Assembly: GCA_002633005.1 (NCBI GenBank)
Contig: NMRA01000023.1
Location: 546,621 to 610,620, forward strand
DNA from: Phoronis australis
Lineage: Eukaryota > Animalia > Phoronida
Reading direction: 5' to 3'
DNA: 64,000 bases
Shown here: positions 50,736 to 62,974 of the stretch, piece after piece
How positions within the stretch are numbered: position 1 is the first letter of the stretch
Layout of the letters: each line of letters starts with the position of its first letter
Position numbers and translations under genes: made by a program
The notes under the pieces: generated by a model
Databases searched by the model: none
What the model saw: the letters and a program-made list of their open reading frames with translations, nothing else
Told to the model about the DNA's origin: nothing

Positions 50736-52936
50736 ACAAGAGCAATGCGGAGCATTGAAATGCGCCCACGAATGCACCGCAAACAGAGTGCTTCTAGGGT
50801 TATTTATTTGTTTCATAAAAATAGCCACAAGAGGGCGAACAAAACATCCAATCCATCTGAAAATGGGTACATGCCATCGCTTCTTTAATAGAAAGCTATT
50901 TAGCAAATTTCATAAAAATCTGTCAAGGAACTTCAGAGAAACACAGGAAAACAAAAAATAATGAAATTGCCACTTTGGGACACAGCCTTCATTGGATCCG
51001 CCTGAAAGACGTCGTCGTCATACAAATACAATAAACTAAATTTAATAATTTAAAGATCCTGCAGTGAGTTTAGGAGATGCAGCTAACAAAACAAAACAAA
51101 ACTACCACTAGGAGGCGCTACAGTAGTTGAATGCGTTATTGTCAACTGTCCTCTTCAGACTGAGAACATATACCATAAAACCAATTTTCAAAGTCATCCT
51201 CAAAATGGTTTAGTTGATCGAGGGGTGGACGCCAAAAAAACAAGACTCGAAAACAGGAATAATGGCCACTAGGTGGTGCAAAAGTTCCTCGATTTCATCC
51301 CAAAGTGGGAGGATAGCATCATCTCACCAATAAATGCCTAGATTCCAAACTTTCTGATAATCCATTGAGGACCTTTGAAGATAGAGGTAAGTCTAAAAAA
51401 TGAAATTGCCACTACGGGGCACACTGGTTGTCAGATCCGTCTGAAAGTTGTTGTCATTCGTTGTTAACATCATATAAATACACTTGCTAAATTTAGCAAA
51501 GATGCTGCAAACCGTTTAGGAGATTCAGCCATGGGCGCAAAAAACAAAACTGCCACTAGGAGGCACCACAGTAATCAAAGTCATTGGTAAATCATCGTCA
51601 GCTTCGTAGTAAGAACATACATTCCAATTTTCACAATCATCCTGAGTGCGGTTTGGTTGATAGAGGGGTGGACACCAAAAAACAGACTAAAAACAGTAAA
51701 AATGGCCACTAGGTGGCGCAAACTACGTCAAAACCCTCCGAAAATGGGAGGATAGCTTCATCTCACTAATAGGTGCCTATATTTCAAATTTTATGAAAAT
51801 ACGTTGAGGACTTTTGAAGATACAGAGGTAACCGTAAAAACCTATATTGCCACTAGAGGGCACACCAGAAGTCAGATATGTACGAAAGTTGTCGTCATCC
51901 CTTGTCAACATCATATAAATAGGCTTGCAGAACTTAGTAAAGATCCTGCCAACAATTTAGGAGATACAGCCATGGGTGCAAAAAGAGACAAAACTGCCAC
52001 TACGAGGCGCCACAGTAGTCGAAATTGTCGGAAAATCCTCATCAGCCGTCCTCTTCGTAAAAAGAGCATACATGCCAATTTCCACGATCATCCTTAAAGC
52101 GGTTTGGTTGATAGAGGGGTGGACGCCAAAAAACTCGAAAAGAACGAAAATGGCCACTAGGTGGCGCAAACTAAGTCGAATACATCCAAAAATGAGAGGA
52201 TAGCGTCATCTCACTAATAGGTGCCTATATTCCAAATTTTATGAAAATACCTTGAGGACTTTTAAAGATACAGAGGTAAACGTAAAAAAATTAAATTGCC
52301 ACTAGGGGACACACCGGTAGTCAGATCCATCGGAAAGTCGTCATCGTCTATTCTCAACATCATATACCTGGTAAATACACTTGCAGAATCTAGTAACTGC
52401 CAACGGTTTAGGAGATATAGCACTGGGCGAAAAAAGAAACAAAACTGCCACCAGGAGGCGCCACAGTAGTCGAAATCGTTGGAAAATCATCGTCAGCTGT
52501 CTTCTTCATAATAAAAACATACATGCCAATTTCCACGATCACATTTTGAGCGGTTTGGTTGATAGAGGGGTGGACGCCAAAAAACAGACTCGAAAAGAGC
52601 AAAAATGGCCACTGCGTGGCGCAAGCCGCAAACTACGTCGAAAACAGGAGGATAGCGTTATCTCACCAATAGATGCCTATATGCCAAATTTTATGAAAAT
52701 ATGTTTAGGACCTTTGAAGATATATAGGTAAGCTCAAAAATTAAAAATTGCCACTAGGGGGCACACCAGTAGTCCGATCCGTCTGAAAGTTCGCTCATGC
52801 TGTCCCATCCATGATAGGAACATATGTGCAAAATTTCATGAACGTACAACAAAGCGTTTTGGAGATAGAGCAGTGGACGCCAGACGGACGGAGATGATGG
52901 CATATTTTGCATCCACATATAAATATGTGGGCGTAT
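50736..52936 (-). mobile_element. Complete HINE (Helentron-associated / DINE-1-like) non-autonomous element, family A, with internal ~148-bp tandem array
   Basis: On the + strand: acaagag end, stem-loop caatgc-gga-gcattg, subTIR atgcgcccac, tandem array, short (ggac) microsatellite, terminal hairpin ending gtgggcgtat. It interrupts another repeat with no TSD. Confidence 0.85.
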
Positions 52937-53741
52937 ATTAATTCACCTGAAATTCGTTTCAAAATTAGTGGAGACTTCCAACTTCAAAATTAATAACTTT
53001 TTCTGGAATCGATACCTTTGGTCACAATTGTTCTATTTATTTCATGAAATCCGTGCATTTGCCCAATCAGCAGGCAGCACACATCAAACACGCACTTAAA
53101 TTGCAACAAGAAGTAAACTGGCAGAGTCGGAATTGTTCGGCAAAACTTTGGCACGGTCAGATCATGAAACACATGTAAACACGTTCGAGTTGACAGTTCT
53201 AATTTGAATAACTTGCAGGTATGAAGCACCAACTTTTATAAGAGAGCCAGGTATACTCTACAGTAAACGTTCTGCTGCCTTTTCTGACAAATAACTGCCC
53301 AACCTGCGATTTGTTTCAATATTGTAAATGCACGGGTCGACTATGCACTGTAAAACAACCAGAATTTCACATCACTACTTTGATAACAGCTGTACTGTGA
53401 AAACCCAGAACAAAGTAAGTAGAATCTCTGTTTACCTTTCTTGAGAAGATTAACAAAATAAAGTTCTACTTTCTGGCCATACTGTTGGTATTACCACACA
53501 TCAAGGAGTGAACCAAACTGAGCTCCATCAAGAATGTAGAGCTGGTTTGCCAGGTGATGGCATGCTCCCAACAGTATTCTAGACATAACATCTGACTACT
53601 CTACTACCTGGTTCAGTCAAAAAGCAGCTGCAGATAGGTGCACTAAAAGAGCAAAATAGATCAAGGAGTTCCTCAATTCTCAAGGCTTGGAACAACGTCA
53701 GTACACAAATTGGCCAATTTCTGACAATGTCCATTTATTGC

Positions 53742-54800
53742 AACAAGAGCAAAGCAAAGCATTGAAATAAACCCAGACACTGCACAGCACTGCACTGCAA
53801 ACCATATACTTCTAGGGTTGTTTAACATTATCATCTAATAAGCAAGGTATACAAAATCAAAAGGCCACCAACATGTCACCTTGAAATGGTAAAATCTTAC
53901 TAATTTAGGACACATTATGGCAGGCAAGTCAAATTTTATTTTTCGATTTTTCCATCCAAGATATGTACCAATAAAGTAATGCATAAAATTACATGTTCAA
54001 AGTTTGCACCATGGCTACCACCAGACAATACTTCGAAAAAATAAGGATATTATAACAAAGTTAGAAGACTTCGAAAAATGAATAAAACGATTACTCTAGT
54101 AATTATTTTTGTTTGAAATTGGTCAGATTTTACTGTATTAACTATCAAGGAACTTGGTAGATGTTGAGTCATACAAACAGAAACGTAAATTGCCACTAAG
54201 GGATGCCAGAGTAGTCAAAATCAACATCAAGCATATTCTCAAGAAGAACACATATGCCAAATTTCATAAAGACCCAGCAAGGTATACCCAACAGATATTG
54301 AAGTACCGGCAAAAACATATTTGCCACTAGGGGGTGCCACAGAAGATGAACCAGTCTGAAAATCTGTCTATGATCATCTGAATAGGAGCCCATTTGAAAA
54401 ATATTGTGGTTAATTAAGCAGGGCCCATAGCAAAAATAATAAAAATGACCAACAGGGACGCAGAATACGTTCAATCTATCTGAAAACGGTAACATGTTGA
54501 CTTCTTAATAGAAACTTCATTGCCAATTTTCTGAAAATTCATAATGGAACTTGGAAGATGCACAGGCACAGGCGAAGAAAATGGGAAGCTGTCACGGTCT
54601 CTTTAAAAGAAACCTATATGCCAAACTTCAGGAAAAAAAAGGATCTTGGTTTATACCAAGATTAAAATAAAATACTAAAATGACCACAAGAGGGTACAAC
54701 AGTAGTCAATCCAGTGATGAAAGGCACATGTGTCTAAAGTTGTTACGAGCATCTTTCAAGGATTTTGGAGGTAGAGCAGTGGACAGAACAGGCACACAAA
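53742..54800 (-). mobile_element. Degenerate HINE family A-related copy
   Basis: aacaagagcaaagcaaagcattgaaat start, ttctagggttgttt, decayed ccactagggggtgc units, ttttggaggtagagcagtggac end block. Confidence 0.6.
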
Positions 54801-57338
54801 AATAAGTTGAAATGTAGATCTGGCCTTTGTTCTTCAAAAAGCAGGACAGTTGCATGATTAACAGAATGGCAGTGATGCCTGTTTGCAAGCTTAAATCAGT
54901 GCCATCCATGAGAAGAACAGCTGGCAAATTAATCAGAGAAAGCGAGACTAGGATATCCAAGTGTGAGTGGAATGTGGCATCTGTAGGTACTTGAGATCTT
55001 GAATAGGATCCCCTAGGGGCACCCTATTCATCCAGAGGTTGAGCTGAGCATAGTGCCAGGAAACTAGTAACACTACCCCCACTGTCAAATGCTATCTATG
55101 TCAAGCAGGAAGCAAGACCTCCAGGGCAGACTTCTTCACTGGTGATTACATAATCTCATAATAGGAGGTTACACCAACTACATCCTGCAATGTTTTGCAC
55201 TGTTTGGGGGTGGTGCAGCTGAAAAATTATCCTCCCAATTTAGAGAGTGTACTTGGGTTTAATGCTATGAACCGACCCTTTCATAGGATTCTTGGAAATC
55301 TGAATTTTATCCATTAAGCCAAAACAGTACACATTTTAAATTTACACCTACAAGATGCCATTTTATATACAACACGCTTACCTTTGACTAACAACCAGTT
55401 CATTCCGGCACAATATTGCCTTATTTAGCTGAAAAAAACCACTAATGGAAACATGAAACTGCCCCTTTTGTAAAATTATTAAACACTTGTTTAAATATTT
55501 TTTTAAAATGGGGAAAATATTCATGTCATCACCACATAATGCAGGCATCGGGAAATTTAAACAAGGCAATGCATAAAAGACTGGTACACAAATTACTGTG
55601 GTCAATCACTGCATTCTAAACCACAGACCCTTACTATATTTTTCTACAACCACAACATTTTATTAGACACTTGCAAGTGAAGTCCAACGTCATTGTAGGT
55701 CCCTCAGCGTTAATCCAATTCATCATTTGGGTAAGCATCCACCACTGACAAAATAATGTTTTAAAGCACATGACCACAGACCAGCTTAACAGCTTAATGT
55801 CCAACCCGATTTTCAAGTTCCCCAATTTAGGCCCCCTACTAGGTGATAAAAAAGAATTTGATAAACAACTAATTTTGGTATGTCTCCATGGTTAACGACT
55901 TAAGTGTCAAAATGCTAACACTGTAGACATCCTAATAACATGACAACAGCAAAGATATTTCTTCCTTTTTACTTGGAATTCAGATAAATCATCAACATCA
56001 ATGGCAGGCCACATACAGGCTTCTTCAGACCAGTTCTTCATGATTTGTTCATGTGTCTTTGTGACCTGTTTGCTTGCACTTGCAATACATTTGAATACCC
56101 ACTCTCCTACCTTTCACAGTTGGCTTTTCAGGTGCAGAGAACATTCCTAGGTACTGAGTGTGAATAAAAAATGTAACTTTTTACAGACAACTTGTATTCA
56201 GTTCGCAAATATCAAAAGTTAAACAAACAATATTTTGATGTCTTGCTGCACAGTACTATTCAATTACACTTGGCAGGTTAAACGTGCACTGAAGAAAGTA
56301 CTTTTACACTGTTCAGAGAACACGGGTTGTGGAGACAGTGAAACCATATCATTGCCTTTAGTACATGCCACTGGTAATTCTGACCAGAGGTGCAACTGAG
56401 AGGTGTGCAAGAAGATTCTGCCTTTGGCAAAGTTCCAACATGGACAACACTTCACTGGTAGGCAGGATAACTCCAGTCTTAGTACAGAACTGAGCATAGC
56501 AGAGAGAGAGAGTAACCTGCAAATGATGGTAGACTCAGTGGAGCTTGTCCTTGTCTTCTACGAGTTCACGGTTTGCAGCTGAAACCAGGCAAGGTATACA
56601 CGTACAGCTTCCAACCATCTATTAAAACACCCAACCAAGTGAAACTTTAAAAAATAATACACGTATGTCCACAGATGTTGAACTGATACATTCAATTAAA
56701 CAATTTTTGTTGCCTTTTATCTAAGCCATTCCATGGCTCCCTAACTCAGTGCTAAATCCTGCCTCTCTTCCTGTGTCTCATAAAATTATACCAAGGGTGG
56801 CTGTGTTTGAAGGAGTTTATTTTAGAACAATAATACTTTGAGATCATTTGCCAACAGAGCATAAATTCTGTTGCTTAATTTAGAGATGTTACATTATGTG
56901 TGGCTGTCGCAATGTGCTCAGGACACACAATTATGCCATCACTTACTAGTGTGTCCTTAAGGCTCTGGACACATCCACTGTATTCAACAAGCAATAAATA
57001 GACATAAAGACAGATAATCCACCTAATTCTTCCTTACTCATTCCAATGCTATTCTTTACATTGCAACGCACTTCAATACACTCACTTTTGAAACGGCAAT
57101 TCCAAAGTCACAAAAACCAGCATTCATCAGAAATTTGCTACCAGACACCGGGTCTTTTCAAGTAATGCATCAGCAGCCCTCCTCCCCTCTCCGTGAAGCA
57201 ATTGCAACATGTAGCATTGAATAGATGACCATCATATGAAGGGGATGACATAATAGGGTTAATACAACATACAGTTCTCCACAAGTCTAAAGTCTCGTCC
57301 ACACACAGCCTACCGTGGAACAACTTGTAGTAATGCGA

Positions 57339-57380
57339 CTTACCCCACTCTTACTTACCCCACTCTTACTTACCCCACTC
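57339..57380. repeat. 15-bp tandem repeat (cttaccccactctta), ~3 copies
   Basis: Direct reading. Confidence 0.85.
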
Positions 57381-58701
57381 TCAAGTGGAGCGCCCACATA
57401 CACATATGTGATAACAAGGGTAAAGCAGAAGTCCCTGCATGACAATGAGCAGCTGATGCGAATATGGCAAACAAAAGAAGACCCATTGGTATGTAACCGT
57501 AGAAGTTAATTACTTCCACCTTGCCCCACGTTTTTTGCGGCCACACAGTGATTAGAAATGGTGCAAGTTACCCTACTTCAATAAGGTGGAGTAAGTTGTC
57601 ACAAGTGGGGCAAATTGCACTGGTTTAAATAGTGGCTGGGAGTAGATTATCTCTGCAAATGATCTGCTAATGACTTGGGAAGTTATAATTCGCAAGAAAA
57701 AATCAAAAAGGCAAGTGTTGAGTATCATTTATTTCTCAAATAATTTCTTTTATGAACCATCGAGACTTAAAATGATGATTCAAAACTCCATAATTGTGTG
57801 ATGCAAACCATAACGGAACCCGCATAAATCCTTGATTATCTCTTACACCTCAACTTTGCCAGTCATTCAGGCTGTTTGTTTATAAAAAATCCTGTCCAAA
57901 TGGGTAGGGGTATTTCCATTACAATACCCACAGGTATAATACCATGCACTAAGACACTAGGGCATCAGAGAAATGTCAATACTGCCATGCAGCCTCATAC
58001 ACAGTCACCATAAGAAGAAAAGGATGGGATAAAAACCCCAAGCCATTGGTAATCTGATTGCTCAGACTGATTGGAGATAAGCTAATCAAAGCCTGGGTGA
58101 GTTGGTCTCATTAGAATAGACACAGTCCAACTCCTGGCTTCAACTTGGCATAGTTAACAGAGTGAAGACAGCAGTCTGGCAAGAGTGATGTGACTGGAAC
58201 TGTGAAGTGTGATCTAGTTACAAAATACCAAGGGGCTTGGGGGATCATGCTTTAAAAGGTCACAGATTAATTCTTCAGAATGCCAACAGCCTCTGCAGTC
58301 AGTTAGAAGCCAGTTCAAAAGATGTCCATCAACTAGCCAACAGAACTAGGAAAATTGTGCACAAACAGGAAACACTGGACATACATCTCTTTACCATTAC
58401 AAGAGCACAAAAGCGACTTTCGCTTGGCCTAATTTACTTAGAAACTTTTGAGAAATCAAAATTTTTTGTGTGGATCATTTGAACATCCCACTGCACAACT
58501 GTAGAAATGTGATGGCATGATGTCAACACACAGTTCATACAAAATGCTGGAAAATATCCCATGGCATTAAATCCATACAAGAATGCAGGATGCTGCCGAC
58601 AAACTACCCAATCTCCATCTTGCAACAAGGCAGACTTCATCATGTAGCCACATTACAAGAAAATAGCTATCCATTGTGTACCCAGGTGAGCAGTAATTTT
58701 A

Positions 58702-59897
58702 AACAAGAGCAACGCAGAGCGTTGAAATGCGCCCACAATTGCACCGCATACGGTATCCTTCTAGGGTTGTTTATTGGTACCATAAAGTGGCCAGTAGAGG
58801 GCATATATGTAGTATGTTGTACTTTGCAAAATGGAAAGGCATGGTCATTGTCTCCTCAATAGGCTAGGGGCAAAATGTGAGTAATCTTCANNNNNNNNNN
58901 NNNNNNNNNNNNNNNNNNNNNNNNNNNNNNNNNNNNNNNNNNNNNNNNNNNNNNNNNNNNNNNNNNNNNNNNNNNNNNNNNNNNNNNNNNNNNNNNNNNN
59001 NNNNNNNNNNNNNNNNNNNNNNNNNNNNNNNNNNNNNNNNNNNNNNNNNNNNNNNNNNNNNNNNNNNNNNNNNNNNNNNNNNNNNNNNNNNNNNNNNNNN
59101 NNNNNNNNNNNNNNNNNNNNNNNNNNNNNNNNNNNNNNNNNNNNNNNNNNNNNNNNNNNNNNNNNNNNNNNNNNNNNNNNNNNNNNNNNNNNNNNNNNNN
59201 NNNNNNNNNNNNNNNNNNNNNNNNNNNNNNNNNNNNNNNNNNNNNNNNNNNNNNNNNNNNNNNNNNNNNNNNNNNNNNNNNNNNNNNNNNNNNNNNNNNN
59301 NNNNNNNNNNNNNNNNNNNNNNNNNNNNNNNNNNNNNNNNNNNNNNNNNNNNNNNNNNNNNNNNAAAAAAACAAAACTGCCACTAGGAGGCGCCACAGTA
59401 GTCGAAATCGTCGGAAAATCATCGTCAACCGTCCTCTACATAGTAAGCATATACAAGCCAATTTTCACAATCATCCTTTGAGCGGTTTGGTTGATAGAGG
59501 GGTGGACGCACAAAAACAGACTCGAAAACACTAAAAATGGCCACTAGGTGGCGCAAACTATGTCAAATCCATCTGAAAACGGGAGGATAGCGTCACCTCA
59601 CTAAAAGGTGCCTACATACCAAATTTCATGAAAATCCGTTAAGGACTTGTGAAGATACAAAGGTAAGCGTAAAAAAATTAAAATTGCCACTAGGGGGCAC
59701 ACCGGTAGTCGGATCCGTCCGAAAGTTCCCACATGCCGTCCCATTTATGAATGGAACATATGTGCCAAATTTCATGAACGTATGTTAAAGGGTTTTGGAG
59801 ATAGAGCAGCGGACGCCGGACGCCGCCCGGACGGACGGACGGACGGACAGAGATGACGGCATAATGCGTCCACATATAAATATGTGGGCGCATAAAA
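58702..59897 (-). mobile_element. HINE family A copy spanning an assembly gap
   Basis: Perfect 11-bp subTIRs atgcgcccaca (58727-58737) / tgtgggcgcat (59883-59893), stem-loop caacgc-aga-gcgttg, (ggac)5 microsatellite, 14-bp hairpin at 59864-59893. Continuity across the Ns is assumed. Confidence 0.8.
58891..59365. other. Assembly gap (475 N) inside a HINE tandem array
   Basis: N run. Confidence 0.99.
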
Positions 59898-62800
59898 ATG
59901 AAATATTATGAAATCAACTGCATTTTTGGCTACAGTACGTAATTCGCTAATTTTGAAATTCTACAATTTTCAACAAAGTGTGGCCTGGACATCTGTTCAT
60001 TTTTTCTTGAAAACCAAAACAAAACGTATCCGGAACTAGCTGTGTCAATTTGAAAAATGTTCAATAACTAATCAAGACCTGAAAATTCAGCAATTGATAT
60101 TAACACGCCACAATTACACAGAAGAAAAACTAAAACTCAAGGTATGGCAAATAAGCATCTTGTACACTTATCCAAGTCTTAACAAGCAACAGGATTCTTG
60201 AATAATTTTCTTACCATGGTAACCTCTCCTCACCATACCTTATATTTAGCAATAAGACACTAAGACAGACTGTCACTATCACTAGCTTTACGCAAGTGGT
60301 GGAAACGACAGCAGTTTCGCCGTGAAACGAAATCGAAAAGTTTCTTGTTTTAGCCATAAAGACAAACTGTCCAGTTTTGTTTCACCCACCCGGGTTCACC
60401 TTTATGGGAAACTCAATGTCAAAACACACCTGTCGTAAACTGACAAAAACTCAGATCTATTACCCCTTCCCATTGTGTCCGTCGTGCAAGTGGTCTGGCC
60501 ACAAAAATGCTAGCAAAAATACCAGCACTTTTGGGGTAAGTGAAACCACCAGCAAAGCACAAGTGATACTAGTAACCATTCACGAGGCTGGTGTTGACAT
60601 TTTTCAAGAGTCCTACATCACCTTAACTTTCAATTTCTACAGTGTAGCTGTTAATAAATTCTTTGAGTAAAACGTAGAACACTTTCACAAGGTGTCATGG
60701 TTGCCATTCCTTACGCTCCTAGCCTAGTTGGCACATTCCCAACCAAACAGATGGCGCCCTCAGTAGAACGCAACGGGAGACTCCAGCAACACAACCCTCA
60801 TTGGATACAACATGTTTTAGTAATAATGACACAATTTTTCTGCTACTGACGAAAATACCACTGTACGGGTGTGCCCATCGCAACGTACTCCACAACTTGT
60901 TCCTGTTTGCAGGCACTTGCAACACTTTTGAATGAGCCCTCGCACATCTGAAAGGCTCCCCTGACACATTTTGGTTTTACAGAGAAAACTGCATCAACAG
61001 CACAACATTGTTGAACCTCTTTTCGACGCTCTCCAATTTCCCAGTTGTAGCCAGAACTAAACCAACTGTTACCAATGATATGCGTCTTCATATTTTACAT
61101 GCACGTTTTCCAGTTGTGTGGGGTCCTTAATAACACAACTTTCTCGTTCTCAACCAATTACAACTCTGCAAGCCACTGAAGAGACAGCAGGTGCTACCTC
61201 TTTAACTCAGCATGAGTGATATTGAGGTGCACTTTGAACTTCAGGCGAACATCACACAAGTTTGCTGGATAACATCAATATGATACAACCATGCAACACT
61301 ACTAGCCAACAAAATCAAAATTCGAAATAATTCACATTGACAGTAATTGGATGACCAGATGTCACCAACGGAACTTATGAAAAACACCAGACAATATGAC
61401 ACCACACCTTTCAGTTACTCATAGCTGGAAAGCTCTTCACCTTTCATATAGTAGTTGAACTGTGAATCCGGTCACTTAAAACAACACAGGGATGCCTATC
61501 TGTGTTGCCCCCAAATTAATACCTTATATCTAGTCTAGTAGACTCCAACACATTGAGTCAACTTAGACAGGGAAGATGCTGGCAAAAAATAAATCCCCAT
61601 ACTTGGAGAAGCTGGCAAATTTCTGACCTCCTATTAGCTTGCTTTAAGGAAAGAATTTAAAGAAGTGAAATTTTGATGGCTCTTAACAAAGGCATTATTT
61701 GCTTAAAAGCTTCCTGTTTGTGACAGTTACTGTCTCAGCTGAGGTCAGAAATCAGCCTAGTGATCTGAGCGTAGGAACCATTATCAACAACCCCTTTCAG
61801 TGGTTGCCGATTTTGAAAACCAGTTTCATCCACTGAATAACGGGTTATTCAGTGATTGCCTGGTTCTGAACACAAGGTTCTTCTGAAAGCGACTACTGCT
61901 ACATGTTCTCAAACAATGCAAAGTAATGATGCGTGTTCAATCAGCTAGTCACCCACAAACTGAGATTACTGTTCTGTACGTAAAACACGAGGGCAACAAT
62001 TGCGTAAGTAATCACACACTTTCTAAGCAGTTTCACTCCTCGACAAGCATTACACCATAGGAGCATACTTCTAGTACACACCATCAGTAAAGAAGGGAGT
62101 ATTGCGTATGCCATTACATAATCACTAGAGGTTTGCAATCAAGACACTACATGGCGCGTGTGATTACCTGCTGCTTGACCTTCCATTAGGGTAACACAAT
62201 GAATGACCCTGATTGAAGGTCAAGCAGCAGCCAAACGCAGCTCTCGATGAAGCAAAATTTGCAGAAAATCTTCTGGTGTATATGACATTATTAAGACATG
62301 GGCACTGGTCAGATATAGCAGTCCTGGATTTAGAGAACCAAGCAATCACTGAATATCAGGGCCATTATTCAGTGGATGAAACCAGTTCTCTGTAAACCAG
62401 GGGGCACTAGTAATGTTCGTGCTGTCATCTAACTGAGCATGTGCCAATGTGCCACTAAATTTTCTGAGTGAAGAATGACACACAATGCACTGTGTTGTAT
62501 CACGAAACTTTTGGTTGCGTTGGTTTATAAAGCTTGCATAAATCGTTTACCAATGAGAAATTGGCCAAGTAGTTTGGAGTTAGGGCACTTCATTAACTCA
62601 CACCCCGTCCTCGTCCACTGTTGACGTTGTGAACATGTGGATTTTTCTACAACTGCCTGGAGATCAGATTGACTAAAGCATGGCGTGCTACTGATGTGAG
62701 AAAGTAAATACAGAGAGTCTGAAAGAGGACACAGCTCAAGAAAATATGAACGTCAATGAACGAAACCATGTCCAGAGATTCACGGCCAACTTGACAGCTG

Positions 62801-62919
62801 TCGACTCGAATGAACGGCCTTGAGTTGAACTTGAATGAGGGGCCTGATCAATGAGTCGCCGAAACGCGTGTCAAGTGTACAATGGCTAAGTTATAGAAAT
62901 CGGGCTGCATTTTACTCAC

Positions 62920-62974
62920 GTTCTTTCTCATGATCATATCCGATCACAACGAAGTAGTCGGCCAAGCGAGACAT
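62920..62974 (-). CDS. SBF2: SBF2-like coding exon 1 (MSRLADYFVVIGYDHEKE)
   Basis: ATG at 62974-62972, 55 nt, donor gtgagt, phase 1. Not in the ORF track. Confidence 0.93.

Larger units (their letters stand above)
214..62974 (-). other. SBF2: Gene span (3' incomplete): SET-binding factor / myotubularin-related protein 13 (SBF2/SBF1 orthologue), DENN-domain Rab GEF plus pseudophosphatase
   Basis: 29 exons joined by GT-AG introns with matching phases give one open frame starting MSRLADYFVVIGYDHEKE, like the vertebrate SBF2 N-terminus MARLADYF (recalled). Contains DENN motifs ([34 protein letters not shown]), a GRAM region ([19 protein letters not shown]) and a myotubularin N-part ([18 protein letters not shown]). 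Invertebrates usually have one co-orthologue of SBF1 and SBF2. Confidence 0.95.

Noticed and set aside
51100-52800. Repeat-spacer (CRISPR-like) reading of the regularly spaced ccactagg motifs
   Set aside because: The sequences between motifs are themselves repeated every ~448 bp, so this is a tandem array inside a transposon.
58845-59461. Long ORFs of X residues
   Set aside because: Translation through the N gap.
60370-61160. Nested gene or retroelement gag fragment (Cys-rich short ORFs)
   Set aside because: Frames are interrupted, with no recognisable complete motif and no coherent splice structure.
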